A stretch of 63,954 nucleotides of DNA, counting the filler, from Reticulomyxa filosa (Eukaryota; Protista; Foraminifera), in the NCBI GenBank assembly GCA_000512085.1. It is 21 parts of 21 records of this genome, joined end to end, with 100 filler letters (N's around TTAATTAATTAA, not from the genome) between each part and the next. Parts side by side here need not be neighbours in the genome. Positions count along the whole stretch, not along the records: positions 1 to 1,065 come from ASPP01012928.1; positions 1,166 to 8,750 come from ASPP01008111.1; positions 8,851 to 12,330 come from ASPP01015421.1; 18 more parts are not named here. The stretch is one strand, 5' to 3'. Of this stretch, positions 1 through 11,898 are shown piece after piece. A program made the translations under genes and the position numbers. Under the pieces are notes generated by a model. It made no database searches. It saw only the letters and a list, made by a program, of their open reading frames with translations, and was not told the DNA's origin. The stretch's first letter is position 1; each line of letters opens with the position of its first letter.

Positions 1-1
1 C

Positions 2-748
2 CTGACCCGGTTACAGGAAACCGCGCTGACGCTGCAGTCTGCGGCCGAGCATCCGTCCGGGCTGCTGCGCGTCAATGCCGCGACCCCGGTGTTCAACCAT
101 TTGCTGGCGCCGCTGCTGCCGGCTTTTCAGGCCCGCTACCCGCGCATCCGTCTTGAGCTGGTGAGTGGCGAGTCCATCGTCGACCTGATCGAAGAACGCG
201 CCGACGTGGCGATACGGGTGGGCGCGCTGCAGGATTCCACCCTCAGCGCGCGGCTGCTGTGCCAAAGCCGTCTGCGCTTGCTGGCGGCGCCTGCTTACCT
301 GCAGCGTTGCGGCCAACCCGACACGGTAGACGCGTTGGCCACACACAGCTTGCTGGGCTTTACCCAGCCTGCGTCGTTGAACATCTGGCCGTTGCGCCAT
401 GCCGGCGGTGACGGTTACCCGGTACAGGCTGCCATCAGCACGTCCAATGGTGAAACCCTGCGCCACCTGGCGCTGAACGGTAGCGGCATCGCCTGCTTGT
501 CGGATTTTCTGACGGCCGATGACCGCCGGGCGGGGCGGCTGGTGGAGGTGTTGCCGGCGCAGACGCTGGACTGGTGGCAGCCAATCTGGGCGGTGTATTA
601 CCGGCAGGGCTTTCTGGCAGCGCGGGTGTCGCACTTTGTTGCTTTTCTGGCCGAGCACTTGCAGCCACTTGGCACCGATGGGGTGCCGGGGCAAGCACGC
701 CGTGCAGTAAAACGTAGCGCATGCTGTTGCTGCCGGGCAGCAGCTTGA
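2..748 (+). CDS. LysR-family transcriptional regulator (CrgA/DmlR-like), 5'-truncated, bacterial
   Basis: Frame is open from the contig edge. PSGLLRVNAATP...LLPAFQARYPRIRLELVSGESIVDLIEERADVAIRVG is a typical LysR substrate-binding domain. GC-rich and intronless. Confidence 0.92.
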   Translation: MTRLQETALTLQSAAEHPSGLLRVNAATPVFNHLLAPLLPAFQARYPRIRLELVSGESIVDLIEERADVAIRVGALQDSTLSARLLCQSRLRLLAAPAYLQRCGQPDTVDALATHSLLGFTQPASLNIWPLRHAGGDGYPVQAAISTSNGETLRHLALNGSGIACLSDFLTADDRRAGRLVEVLPAQTLDWWQPIWAVYYRQGFLAARVSHFVAFLAEHLQPLGTDGVPGQARRAVKRSACCCCRAAA

Positions 749-792
749 ACCGGCTTTCCTCGTAGGGATGGAGTGGCAGGAGCGCGCCAAGT

Positions 793-818
793 AAAAAAGC
801 CCGCCTTGTGGGCGGGCT
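793..818 (-). terminator. Rho-independent terminator for the minus-strand oxidoreductase
   Basis: AAAAA-AGCCCGCC-ttgtg-GGCGGGCT: an 8-bp GC-rich stem with an A-tract (U-tract on the minus strand), lying between two convergent genes. Confidence 0.8.
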
Positions 819-845
819 GTGAAGGAGGGTGAGAAAACACGGTTG

Positions 846-1065
846 CTACAGCGCGACGGCCTCGCCGCTACGGAACGCCTGGGTAATGGCCAGGCCGATA
901 CGGGTGGCTTCGCGTGCATCTTCCAGCGTTACCGGCGACGGGCGGTCGTGGCGGATAGTGTCGACAAATACCTGCGCTTCGGTAACGAACGCGTCGGCAA
1001 AGCGCTGGTAGAAATCCTGCACGCAGGTATTGCGGATGCCGTTGGCGTCGCTGATTTCCACACGA
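846..1065 (-). CDS. Gfo/Idh/MocA oxidoreductase (inositol dehydrogenase-like), C-terminal fragment
   Basis: DFYQRFADAFVTEAQVFVDTIRHDRPSPVTLEDAREATRIGLAITQAFRSGEAVAL matches the family's C-terminal pattern. Confidence 0.8.
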
Positions 1066-1165
1066 NNNNNNNNNNNNNNNNNNNNNNNNNNNNNNNNNNN
1101 NNNNNNNNNTTAATTAATTAANNNNNNNNNNNNNNNNNNNNNNNNNNNNNNNNNNNNNNNNNNNN
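1066..1165. other. Artificial contig spacer (first of 20; others start near 8751, 12331, 19803, 22939, 24693, 28599, 29828, 30974, 32599, 34870, 37797, 39234, 45076, 47170, 48288, 50341, 52259, 55894, 62652)
   Basis: Identical 100-nt N-TTAATTAATTAA-N linker with stop codons in all six frames. Confidence 0.99.
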
Positions 1166-2403
1166 CTTGCTGTGCCTGGCTTGCTGAACCATTCCCTACG
1201 TCTCCTGTTTTCCAATTGTTGCACTTTTTTTTGAAGCACTGGACAATGAGTCGATTTTTTTAAAAAAAAAAGAATTCGTGATAACCTTTAGGAGATTGGG
1301 CGTTCATTTTTCCTTTCAGTTTTTGCAAAAAACGATTTGTCTATTTTTTGTTGATAGTATTCCATCAAACGTTTGTATATTTACTAATTTAGTTCGCACT
1401 TTTTGCTCCACTCCCTGAAATGTAGATTTGCTATGTCGCTACGTTTTCAAAAATGTGCTGTTCTTACCTCCATTTTGTCAGGCTGCTGTTTTTGCCAAAG
1501 GTCCAAACACGTTTCACGGCCTATAAAATACAAATGCAATCTGTTTATTCAGATACATGATCGAGAGGCAGATTTTTTCTTTGAAGAACTGACCACACAA
1601 GAAAAATCTTCCTCTTAAAGGTAATGATAATCTTCTTAAAAAAAAACTAATTTTATGGACTGCTCCTTTCGTTTTTGGTGAGAGTTTGCAACATTACATA
1701 CTAATTTAATTTCTTTTTCACCACCCTATAATGACAACTGTATTTGAGATAACAAAATAGACAGAAAGTAACGCTTTAACAGAACGGAGGACCTGCAGAT
1801 ATTTTTTTACACCAGTTATCTAGTTTTTTACTTTAGTTGATATGCTTTTTACTTTGGTTATCAAACATAATTTTATATTTTTATAAAATGCGAGTCAACT
1901 TGGACGCGTAACGCAAAGATTGTTTTCTTGGGCCAATATCAATAAAACTACTGAAGTTAAAAAATATGTCCCAACACAGAGGTTTTCTTGTTTTTTGTGC
2001 TTTACTCTTCTTACAGTTGCAACCACATTGGTGGTCGTTGAAACTTTTTAATCTTCCATTGCTCATGGCAGATTTGACGCAAAATCTTTAACAGCTCATT
2101 AAATTTGATTTTGAAATGTAAACTCTTACCATTTTCTTTAAACAAAATACAAATGAAAGCTTTTTTACAAGAGAGATTGGACAAAGTAGAACGTGTATGT
2201 TGAAGTGACAAGTTTTTTTCTAGTGATTTTGTCACGCCAAGACACCTTAAATATAATGTAATCGATGGCAATAAGAATATCACACTAAAGTTTACAAAAA
2301 GATATAAAAATCACGGATTATGCTAGAAAGATACATTTTATTTTCTGTTAAATGAATCAAGTTTAAAATATTAAAAAACAATTACATTAAAATCCAACAA
2401 ATG

Positions 2404-3734
2404 TCACAAATCTGATGCAATTCCTCTATAAATTTTAGTTTGCAATTTCTCTTCAGGGACTTCACCGGGAGTGTTGAGATATTCCTCATAGCAAGATTCA
2501 CCTTCAGCAAGCACATAGCCTTGCTTTTTGAATTCACCAGCAACTTCGCCCCACTTCATTGGCAAACCTGCATAACTTCCAACGTGCAAATACACTAAGT
2601 ACTTTCCAGCAGGAATTTTTTTCACAATCACTGAGTCTGGCTTCTCACACTTCTTCAGCTCTTCTTCAGATTTGTTAAAAATAATTCCTGGACTGTGCAA
2701 GTCAATTCACAAATTTACTTCACTTTAATAATGTTGGAGGACACTCAAATCAAACATTTAGCACTAAACAGACATCGAACAACTGCCATTTCCATTGGAC
2801 TTTCAGGACAAACAGCTACAATTCCTCTGCAAGAAGACTTCAAAGAGTTTGAAGTTGCGACACTTTCTACTGACTCAATTCCTTCTTTAATGGCCTTACC
2901 AAAGTCAAATCCAGTGCTTTTTCCTACCTTGTACTCTCTAAACAAACCAACCCTTTCATTGCAATCGACAACTCCGATGAAACGGCTTTTTTCTGCGTCG
3001 GAAACGTGATGCACTTTTGCCTTTTTGTTGCTTGGACTCCCATCCTCAGTTTTGTGGCAGTCCGAAGCTGCCACATCACTCAAACAGCGCTTTTTTCCTG
3101 ACTCAGCCAAAGGAGATCCCACTGACCACTCAAATCCTAAATTTTTCGATTGGTTTGAATTTGGAACGTATAAATATTTTCCAACAAAAATTTTAAATAG
3201 CTTACCGAAAGGATCATGAAATTTGCCGTACGATTCCCCCCAAAATTGTGCTTCAAATTTCATGGTCACTTTTGCACCACTTTGTTCTACAGTAGCCTGG
3301 TTCCAAAATTTGTTGGCTTCATCGAAAGTGCGGAACTGTAAATGCATGCAAAATGGTACTTCCTCGAGTTGCTTTTTTATCAATGTTTTGGTTCCAGATT
3401 CTTTTTGTGCTTCTTTTCCAAAATCAAATCGCTACAAGGATTAATCAACATACACAAAACATACGATTTTTTTTTTGTACATTGTTCTGGTAAAGTTCCT
3501 CAAAAATAAAGGGAAAAATTATGATTTTCTGCACTCAACGTCCGACATGAACACCTCTGCCTTATTTGGAAATTCAACAACAGAATGCAAAAATCTTTTG
3601 TCATTTGGATCCCATTGAGGCGTGCTTGTTCTCACAACTTTAGCACCACAATATTTGACGTACCAGTCATGGGCCTCTTTACAATTTTCTTGTGTCAAAT
3701 AAGGTGTGATTTCTTGAAATTTTTTTGTGGACAT
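2404..3734 (-). CDS. Spliced fusion of a VOC/glyoxalase (PhnB-like) domain and a GyrI-like small-molecule-binding domain
   Basis: Exon 1 reads MSTKKFQEITPYL..EAHDWY..GAKV..FLHSVV..VFMSD; exon 2 contains GAKVTMKFEAQFWGESYGKFHDPFG|FEW (PhnB signature). The C-terminus has IPAGKYLVYLHVGSYAGL..W..CYEEYLNTP..EEKLQTKIY (GyrI-like). Three frame-preserving GT-AG introns. Confidence 0.85.
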
Positions 3735-4005
3735 TATACGACCGTTGCTTTGCGTAAGAGCAAACAAAAAGTTTTAGAGTAAACTTTCTTTTTTCTTGGT
3801 CCCTTGGGTTTTCTGTTTCTAAATTTGTCTACATTGGAGAAGTACCAATGTTATAATTCTTCATATTTTTTGATAAAAAATAAAGTGAAAGCAAATTCAA
3901 TAAAGCAGACAACAAGTCTTAAACTGAAGTGTTTTTCTAGTGTCTAGCAAATCCCCTTTCACAATAAAAAAGTTATCTAATTAAATATCTTTAATCCAAG
4001 CAAAA

Positions 4006-5169
4006 ATGTCTACGGCAATTTCCCAGGTATTTCTACATTTTTCAGAGTCATTTTGTTGCTCACTCTTGGTTCGAGGCTGAACTGACAACCTGTTTGTGAC
4101 GGACAAAACAAAACAGAAAGATTACATGGAAGCGCTGAAAATGAAAGAAGAAGGCAACGAAGCGTTCAAGAACAAAGACAACAAAAAAGCGTTGAAATGT
4201 TACTCTAAAGTTGAGAAAATGAAAAAGAAAACTTGTCAGTATTTGCTTTTCCTTTTTATTGACTACATTTGTTGTGAAATGTTGGGAATGGACAGATATT
4301 TGTATACTTAGGAATGAATCCATGTATGAACCTTGGCGCAATGATGGGAGAGCAGGACTCGGCACCAAGAGAAAAGTGTCCCTTTGTACGTGTCTTTAAC
4401 AAGCGCACACATAAATAAGCAAACAAAATAAATAAATATGCACATATACATTATATGTATAATATAAATATAATATATATATGTATATTTACTTATTTAC
4501 TTTGTTTATTTACGAGTGTGATGCTATATGTTGTCAAAAAGGAATTGAAATGTGATGAACTAAGGATGGCAGCATTTAACAATATGGCCGCAGTTTATGC
4601 GAATGAACAAAACTGGGAAGAGTGTAAGAACCAATGCACTCAGGTGATTGTAATTATGCATATAAATGTATTACAAAGGGCTTGTTTAAAAAAAAAAAAG
4701 AATGAGAATTGGAAGTGACTGGAATGAATTGCACTGACAGGTTCTGAAAAACGATGAAAAGAACACAAAAGCACTATTTCGTCGAGCCAAAGCCTATCGT
4801 CACTTAGGCTTGCATGAACTAGCGTGCTGTGATCTAGTCAAAGCGCAAGAACTAACTGGAACTTCTGACCCCACCATTGAAGCGGAAATGAAATTGCTCA
4901 AAAAAGACATCAAAAATGCAGACAATGCCTTTCTCCAAAGTATGCGACAGGGCATGAAAAAAGCACAATCGAAAAAAAAAAAAGGAGTAACTCAATCTCA
5001 ATCTCAACCTCAAAATCAAACCCCTCAAGAGAAGACAGCTTCCCAAACCGATGAACAGACTCAGGATCACCCTTCGCAGCAAAAAGATACTACGAACAAT
5101 GACAACATTCCTGACAAGATCAAAAGTGATGACTTCAATCAAACCACGTCACAAGAAGCTGAAAAATAA
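4006..5169 (+). CDS. TPR-repeat co-chaperone-like protein (FKBP/Cyp40-type TPR), 4 introns
   Basis: EALKMKEEGNEAFKNKD..KALKCYSK, AFNNMAAVY..NWEE and NTKALFRRAKAY motifs. Frame-preserving GT-AG introns. Confidence 0.85.
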
Positions 5170-5508
5170 AATGACTTTTTGCCATAGACAATAAAGATTT
5201 CAAACATAAAAAGTATAAAATTAAATCATTTTTTCTCATTAAAAAGCTTTGCGGTTTTAAGTCTTGTTTTCATGGCGATCTTTCTTTGTTGATGCAATTT
5301 TACGACACGATTTCTTGCTCGGTTTATTCGACTTTCACCGTTTGTGTTCCTTTTGCAAGAAAACTACACTTTTAGTCTTGTTTGTGACGCGAAGCTACAA
5401 AAACTTTGTTTTTGGTTCGAGATGAAAGCTCCCTTGTCAAAGTTTGACATTATAATCCATTAAATAGTTTCGACCAAACTTTTTTTAAACGCAAAAAACT
5501 CCTTAAGC

Positions 5509-8281
5509 ATGCCAAAAGGGAAAGGTAGTCGAAAAGGTCGTCCTCAAAAGCAGTCTCAGAAAGCGGACAGTGGGACAACAAGTGAGGGTAGGAATGACGT
5601 GACGTCATCGGGCCAAGGAGCAGTAAGCACGAACGAGCCCCAACCAGTGGCAGAGCAACTGAAAGATCAAGGGAACAAAGAGTTCCAAAAGGGGCATTTT
5701 GATCGAGCCGTGGATTATTACAGTCGCGCATTGAAGGAAGACGCAGCCGATCTCAAAGTGTTGTCCAACCGATCCGCCGCATATGTAGCCTTGGAAAAAT
5801 TCGATCTGGCCATCGAAGACGCGCAAGAATGTATTCGAAAAGATCCCAAGTGGTGGAAAGTTTTGTTTATGTGTATACAATTTATTTTTTCTTCCTCTCC
5901 CAACTCTCTTCTTCTTTGTCAGCAAAGAATCAAAGAAATAGTTTGAAAATTCTGTGACATAGTTTTAAAAGAAATACAAACGTATATATGTATATGTATG
6001 TGTACTTGTGAATGAAAGGGTTATACACGATTATCATTTGTGTATTCGTCCCAACAACAATTCGAGAAAGCTCAAAAGATTCTTCTTGACGCTATGAAAG
6101 CTTGTGAAGAGCAACAGCCGTTGCACGTTAAGTAACAGATTTTACGTAAAAATCAATTATACATATATCAAATAATCGCAATCGCTTTGTTGTTGTTGGA
6201 CTTGGCTATGCAAATAAAAATCTGTATTGTGTCGCAGAGAGCATTGCATGACATGGATATCAAACGGATTAACACATTGCAACGCTCAGACCGAATCGTC
6301 GGAGGATATCATCCGCAAGCCGAAAAATTTCGTTGCATGTTTAACTGGCTATTGAAATATGGTGCCAAAGTTTTGATTTTTTTTATAGGCTTGTATAAAA
6401 AGCTCCACCTTAACACAAAAAATTGTAAACAAAAAGTTTCCTAAATTGTATTTGAAATTTTTTTCGCCGGAATTTCGGGCGATCAATGCCACGGATAAAA
6501 TCCAAAAAGACGAGGATGTCATGTATATCCCTCATGACTGCATTATGACAAGCGAAGTTGCCAAAGCGTCCCATTTGGGCCAAGCAATCACGGATTCAGT
6601 TTGGCGGTGTGTGTTTTTGTGATTTCATTTTCCCAATGCTTTTCTTGTTGACTTGTCACATTCATTGGAAATTGCAATTTCTCTCAAATCGCACACAAAA
6701 CAAGTATTGCGTGGATGTGTGTCAACAAAAATTGGAGTAAGCTTACACATGCAATATTGTGTCGTCCTGCAACACATTAATACACATAATGTAGGGAATT
6801 GAATTGAAATCGAAACATTCGTATTTGGCAGGATATTTGTGCGAAGAGCGGGAAAAGGGAAAAGCTTCGCACTGGTATCCATACATTGACATCTTGCCGC
6901 GCAACTTTGAAACAGTGCCAATATTCTTTGGCCAGGACAAATTGGACATGTTAAAAGGGTCCATCGCAATCAAAAAAATTGAAGATCGCAATTTGTCCTT
7001 GAGGGCCGAGTATGACAACATTTGTGCAGTTTTGAAAACAATAACAATACACGACTATGTGCAATGCACTCAGATTAAAGAAAGAAATTTACTTTATGAC
7101 AACAATAATTGAGAATAGCACGTGCCAGAATTTCGTCGAATTCCCTACAAAGACTTTGTTTGGGGGCGTTTGGTTGTGATTACTCGTATCTTTGGATTGG
7201 TGATTGACGACAACAAAACGGACGGATTGGTGCCGATGGCCGATATGTTGAATCACAAACGTCCTCGAGAAACAAAGTGGACTTATGAACAAAAGCGTCG
7301 AGGATTTGTGGTGACGGCGTTGCAGACCATTGAAAAAAATACCGAGGTCTTTGACAGTTATGGCAGAAAATGCAATAGTCGCTTTTTTGTCAATTACGGC
7401 TTTTCCTTAGAAGACAACGAAGACAACGAAGCGTCACTTACTTTCGAATTGTCCAGAAGCGATCCACAATATCTTCTAAAATCAAAATTTTTAGGCATTC
7501 ATGCCTTTGATCAGTTCAAGAAGATTATATACATATATATTTTATATACATTGTCACACACAATGGATAACGTTATAATATTCACATCAAAAAAAAGGTC
7601 ACAACGAGAGTTCCAAATCCCTCGACAATATAAAGAAAAGAAAGTGTTGGAATGCTTCTCTTGGCTCCGCGTCGCCTTTGCTCAAGGCAATGAATTTATG
7701 ATCATTTCTGCACAAAACGTTCAGGTTGTTACTGCTTGCATACAATCCCTTTTGCACATTCTCCGATTTTCGTGTTTTCTCTTTAATGCTGTTTTAAACT
7801 TTTTTATTTTATAGAATGATGAGGTAGTACCTGTCTCAGTGCAAAACGAAATGATGGTATTGACCGCAATTGCAGTCGCAGCCAAAAAATCGTTGAATCA
7901 ATTTGACACCACGTTGGAAGATGACAACGAGCTGTTGAAAGACGAAGAAAAATATCCAAGATTCTCAAACATGAGAAACATTGTATTAATGAGAAGAGGA
8001 GAAAAAGAAGTTAATATTGTTGATAGCGCATCTACTTTTTGTATAGCCAAAACGCTGATCATAAAGTTTTTATACGATACAATGTTTTTATGAAATCGAA
8101 ATCATAGGTGCTACACTTTTATCTTAACTTATTGAAGGAATGCAAACCCTTGCTGTACATGAAATCAAAAGATTTAAAACAGAAGATAGCACAAGAAAAG
8201 AAATGGAAAACGCTTCCGGATGATCCACTGGTACAATATGTCACGAGTGTCGTGGTACCATTAGTAACAAAACAATTATAA
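5509..8281 (+). CDS. TPR + SET-domain methyltransferase (SETD3/Rubisco-LSMT class), 8 introns
   Basis: N-terminal TPRs (LKDQGNKEFQKGHFDRAVDYYSRAL..LSNRSAAY). SET motifs SHWYPYIDILP, LVPMADMLNH and FDSYGRKCNSRFFVNYGF. LSMT substrate-binding domain (FDTTLEDDNELL..RRGEKEVL). Confidence 0.92.
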
Positions 8282-8850
8282 AAAAGAATAATTACAATTT
8301 GTAAAGTTACCTTAGTTGTGTAAGTTTACAATAAAAAAAGGGTGAAAATGTGACCCATCAATCAAAGATGACGAAAAAACACTTTTTTTAGCTACTGAAG
8401 AAATTCATTAGCACGCTTATCTTATGTGATTAAAAAAGCAATAGGACAATTGAACTAAATCAACATCCGTTAGGCTTTTCATTATTTTTCTTTAAAAATC
8501 TCAAATCGCATCAAAAGACTTTGAACTGCCGGTGTTCATCTAGTAAAATCGTTTGTTATATTTGTAGGGATCCATTTTATTTACTTCATTAGTTCAATTC
8601 TTATATAGAATTTTTCAATCAATCAATTGCATTACAGCCGTTAAATTTCTTGTTCTGCTTTTTATATACTTCCTTTTCAATTGATGGACTTGTTTTCTTT
8701 TTCTGTGAAGTGAATCAATCAACCAAGGTTTATTTCATTTACAAATAACANNNNNNNNNNNNNNNNNNNNNNNNNNNNNNNNNNNNNNNNNNNNTTAATT
8801 AATTAANNNNNNNNNNNNNNNNNNNNNNNNNNNNNNNNNNNNNNNNNNNN

Positions 8851-9950
8851 TCATTTTTGACTTAAAAAAATGAAAAACATGTATCAGGCAAATCAAGTGA
8901 TAATCTTTTTAAAGAATAAAATAGTAAAGATTGAATTTTTAGAAATTGTATATGAATATTGATATAATTATCATTCTTCACATGTATGAAATAGAATGCT
9001 CAAAATTATAGAATATTGTTTTTAATAATTAAATTTCATCATGAAAATAATTATTAGTTCTCTTTTTTACTTACTTTAATGTTAACAAATTTTATCAATT
9101 TATTTATCTCAAAACTATTTAATTTTTGTTCATCGTTATTTATTTTCCTTTTTAATTTCATAAATTTAATACATAATACTCCTATATATACTTTCATCAT
9201 AAAATCTAATTGTATTATCCCATGATCCAAAACATATTACATTTAAATTATCAATACTATTCTTTATTACAAATGGTGAATATTCAACAGCATTAACACT
9301 ATATATATATATATATATATATGTCCATTGAATGTTTGAATTTGTTTATCATTCAGAATAAATTGTATATCCATTTCCAATATTGCTTTGTAATGGTGAA
9401 ATATCAATACACTAAACACTACTTTCATATCTATTTAGAATATGTAATGATTTTGAATATTTGTAATTGTATATAATTTTTAAAATCCCAAAAATGAATA
9501 GTACTATCATATGATGAAGAACAAATAACATTTTGATGATGAAAATTTTACAAAGGATGAATGTCCATTAAATGATTGAATTTGTTTATTGTTATCAATA
9601 TCCCATACATAAATTTTTTTATCATTTTGATCCAGAACAAATGAATTAGCAATCATCAAATATTAAATAATCAATACTATTCACCCAAATCAATATGTCC
9701 AGTGAACGAAACGAATTAAAACGTAAGGATATTTTGATAAACATTAAATGAAAGAAGAATAAATAGACAAACATAATTGACAATAATGTTATCAAAATCT
9801 TTAATCCATACTAATTTAATTCTTAGTTTTCGAATCCAATGATGAATAATGATTTGGATCTCTTCTTCTTTTGACTGTTTCAATCATAAAGCAAAAAAAG
9901 AATGACAATTTGAATACAATTTTCATTGATAAGCTTACGTTCATTCTTTT
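8851..9950 (-). pseudogene. Degenerate WD40-repeat gene (paralogue of 11899-12330)
   Basis: Minus strand reads EEEIQIIIHHWIRKLRIKLVWIKDFDNIIVNY, followed by WD40 remnants with stops and frameshifts and a (TA)n run at about 9300. Confidence 0.75.
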
Positions 9951-10289
9951 CTTTTCTCTTGAGATGATCTTAGATAAAAAAAAATGTTTGAATTGAATAA
10001 TATCTGTTGTCTCAGTTTAATGAAAGATATAGATGTTATATTTGTAAAATATTAAGATATCACAACAATGAGATATGATTTTTTAATTTATTTAAAATGT
10101 AATGTAATTCTTGTATTTGATACAATGTTTTATTATTGAATTCAAATAATAAGACATGATAGTTTTGATTTGGAAAACTTATTCAAGTAAAGACTTTTAT
10201 TTTTATAAAATATGGATGTTCGTTTCTTAAGATGAACATCATCAATGTAATTTATTTTTTTTTTTCTTTTTGCGTGATGTATTTTGTTT

Positions 10290-10486
10290 TGAAGAAAAAT
10301 CTTAACAATGCTTTGACAATTGAAATCAATTGCTCTCAATATGAAAACATGGATAAAGAATTGATTGCTGAAGAGAATTATTTAAAACAATTTCTTAACA
10401 GCAATAACAATACATGTCCTGTTCAACCTCATAATGGTTGTCAGTATTATTTAATCAAAAAAAATAAAAAAAATAAAAAATGGTAA
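10290..10486 (+). pseudogene. RING/TRAF-like zinc-finger remnant of the WD40 family
   Basis: IEINCSQYENMDKELIAEENYLKQFLNSNNNTCPVQPHNGCQY is a decayed Cys/His motif with no intact continuation. Confidence 0.55.
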
Positions 10487-11279
10487 AAACTATTATTTGA
10501 TATTTACAATTTCAAATGCTTTTTGGACTAATTGATTTCAAATCAAAATTAATATCAAATGGGCTTTTTTGATATTTGAATTGAGACTTTTATATTCCAT
10601 ATATGAAGTATAATAATTTGTAAAATTACTATTTCTATTAGAAATTATGGTTTGTAACAAGTTAAGTTTCAGATATGCTATATCCTTGTGTTTTCATTAG
10701 ACGAGTTCATCAACTCGACATATATCAAATTGAGAAAGAAGTGAAAAGATTCAAATATGATTAAAGAATATCCATTTGTGTGTGGTATTGTTTTTTTAAA
10801 CAATACTTCCAGGTGAGCATTGTTTGAAAATGTAATAAAGGTATATTGTGTGTGATGATTATTCTGATAACAATTCAATTGTGACATCATTAGATAAGAC
10901 ATACTGCTTTTTCTTATCATTTAATTTTTGTGTTTTTAATATGTTGAGCAAAGATTTACTCTGCATTTGTGTCAATTTTTTTTTTAAAAAAATGTGTCAT
11001 TTAATTGTCCTAATTGTCAATTTAATTATAAAAACAAAATTTTACTAAATAATTCAAAGGTTAATTGTATTGTGATTGACTGGTATGAATGATGCGTGTA
11101 TTAGTCTGATTCATGATAAGATATCAAACTTTGTATGGTATAAAAAAAATGAGCAAATATCTCATCAGACTATCAAGTAATAGAGTATATTTATGTATAT
11201 CAATACATTTTCATAGAAATATTTTAAACAATAAGATTAGAAATGATCATGGCAATGTTAATATTTCCATAAAAAAAAA

Positions 11280-11490
11280 ATAAAAATAAACAATTGAATG
11301 TATTCAAAGGACATGAAAATTGTGTCAAATCAATTATTAAATACAATATTATTTGGATCAGATGATAACAATGTTTATTTGTGGGAATTAATGAAGAAGA
11401 TATCGGAATATATTGTCTTAAATTTATTGAATTGAAAAAGAATGATACATATTATTTGAATTTGTATTACGGTTTACTTAAAGGTCAACA
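11280..11490 (+). pseudogene. WD40 C-terminal remnant
   Basis: LNVFKGHENCVKSI..FGSDDNNVYLW followed by stops; ends in a (CA)n microsatellite at about 11488-11513. Confidence 0.55.
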
Positions 11491-11898
11491 CACACACACA
11501 CACACACACACACTAAAAGATGTGTTTTATCTTACTTTTATTATTTAAAAAATTTGAAAAAGCTGCGTTCAATGTCTTTTAAACATATCATTTATGAAAT
11601 TTATGTTTAAGCAGTTTTAATGTTTCAAAATTGAATCATTCAAATTTTTACTCTTCAAACTCAACAAAACAATAATCAATTTAAATACATACCAAAGTCT
11701 ATAAAAGTTGTATTAAATTACATCAAAGTTCCTTTTTTATTTTCAAAAACACTATTTTCAAAGTTTTTGTTGAAAATCTTTTTAAAAAAAATTTGTGATA
11801 TAAATTTTTAAAAAATTTCTTGTCTTTATCGAAAAAACAATTACAAAAATATTTTTGAAAATCTCTTTCATCAAAATAATCTTAAACAAAAAAACAAA

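Noticed and set aside
11-919. 302-aa minus-strand ORF and other overlapping ORFs in contig 1
   Set aside because: Shadow ORFs antisense to the GC-rich LysR gene.
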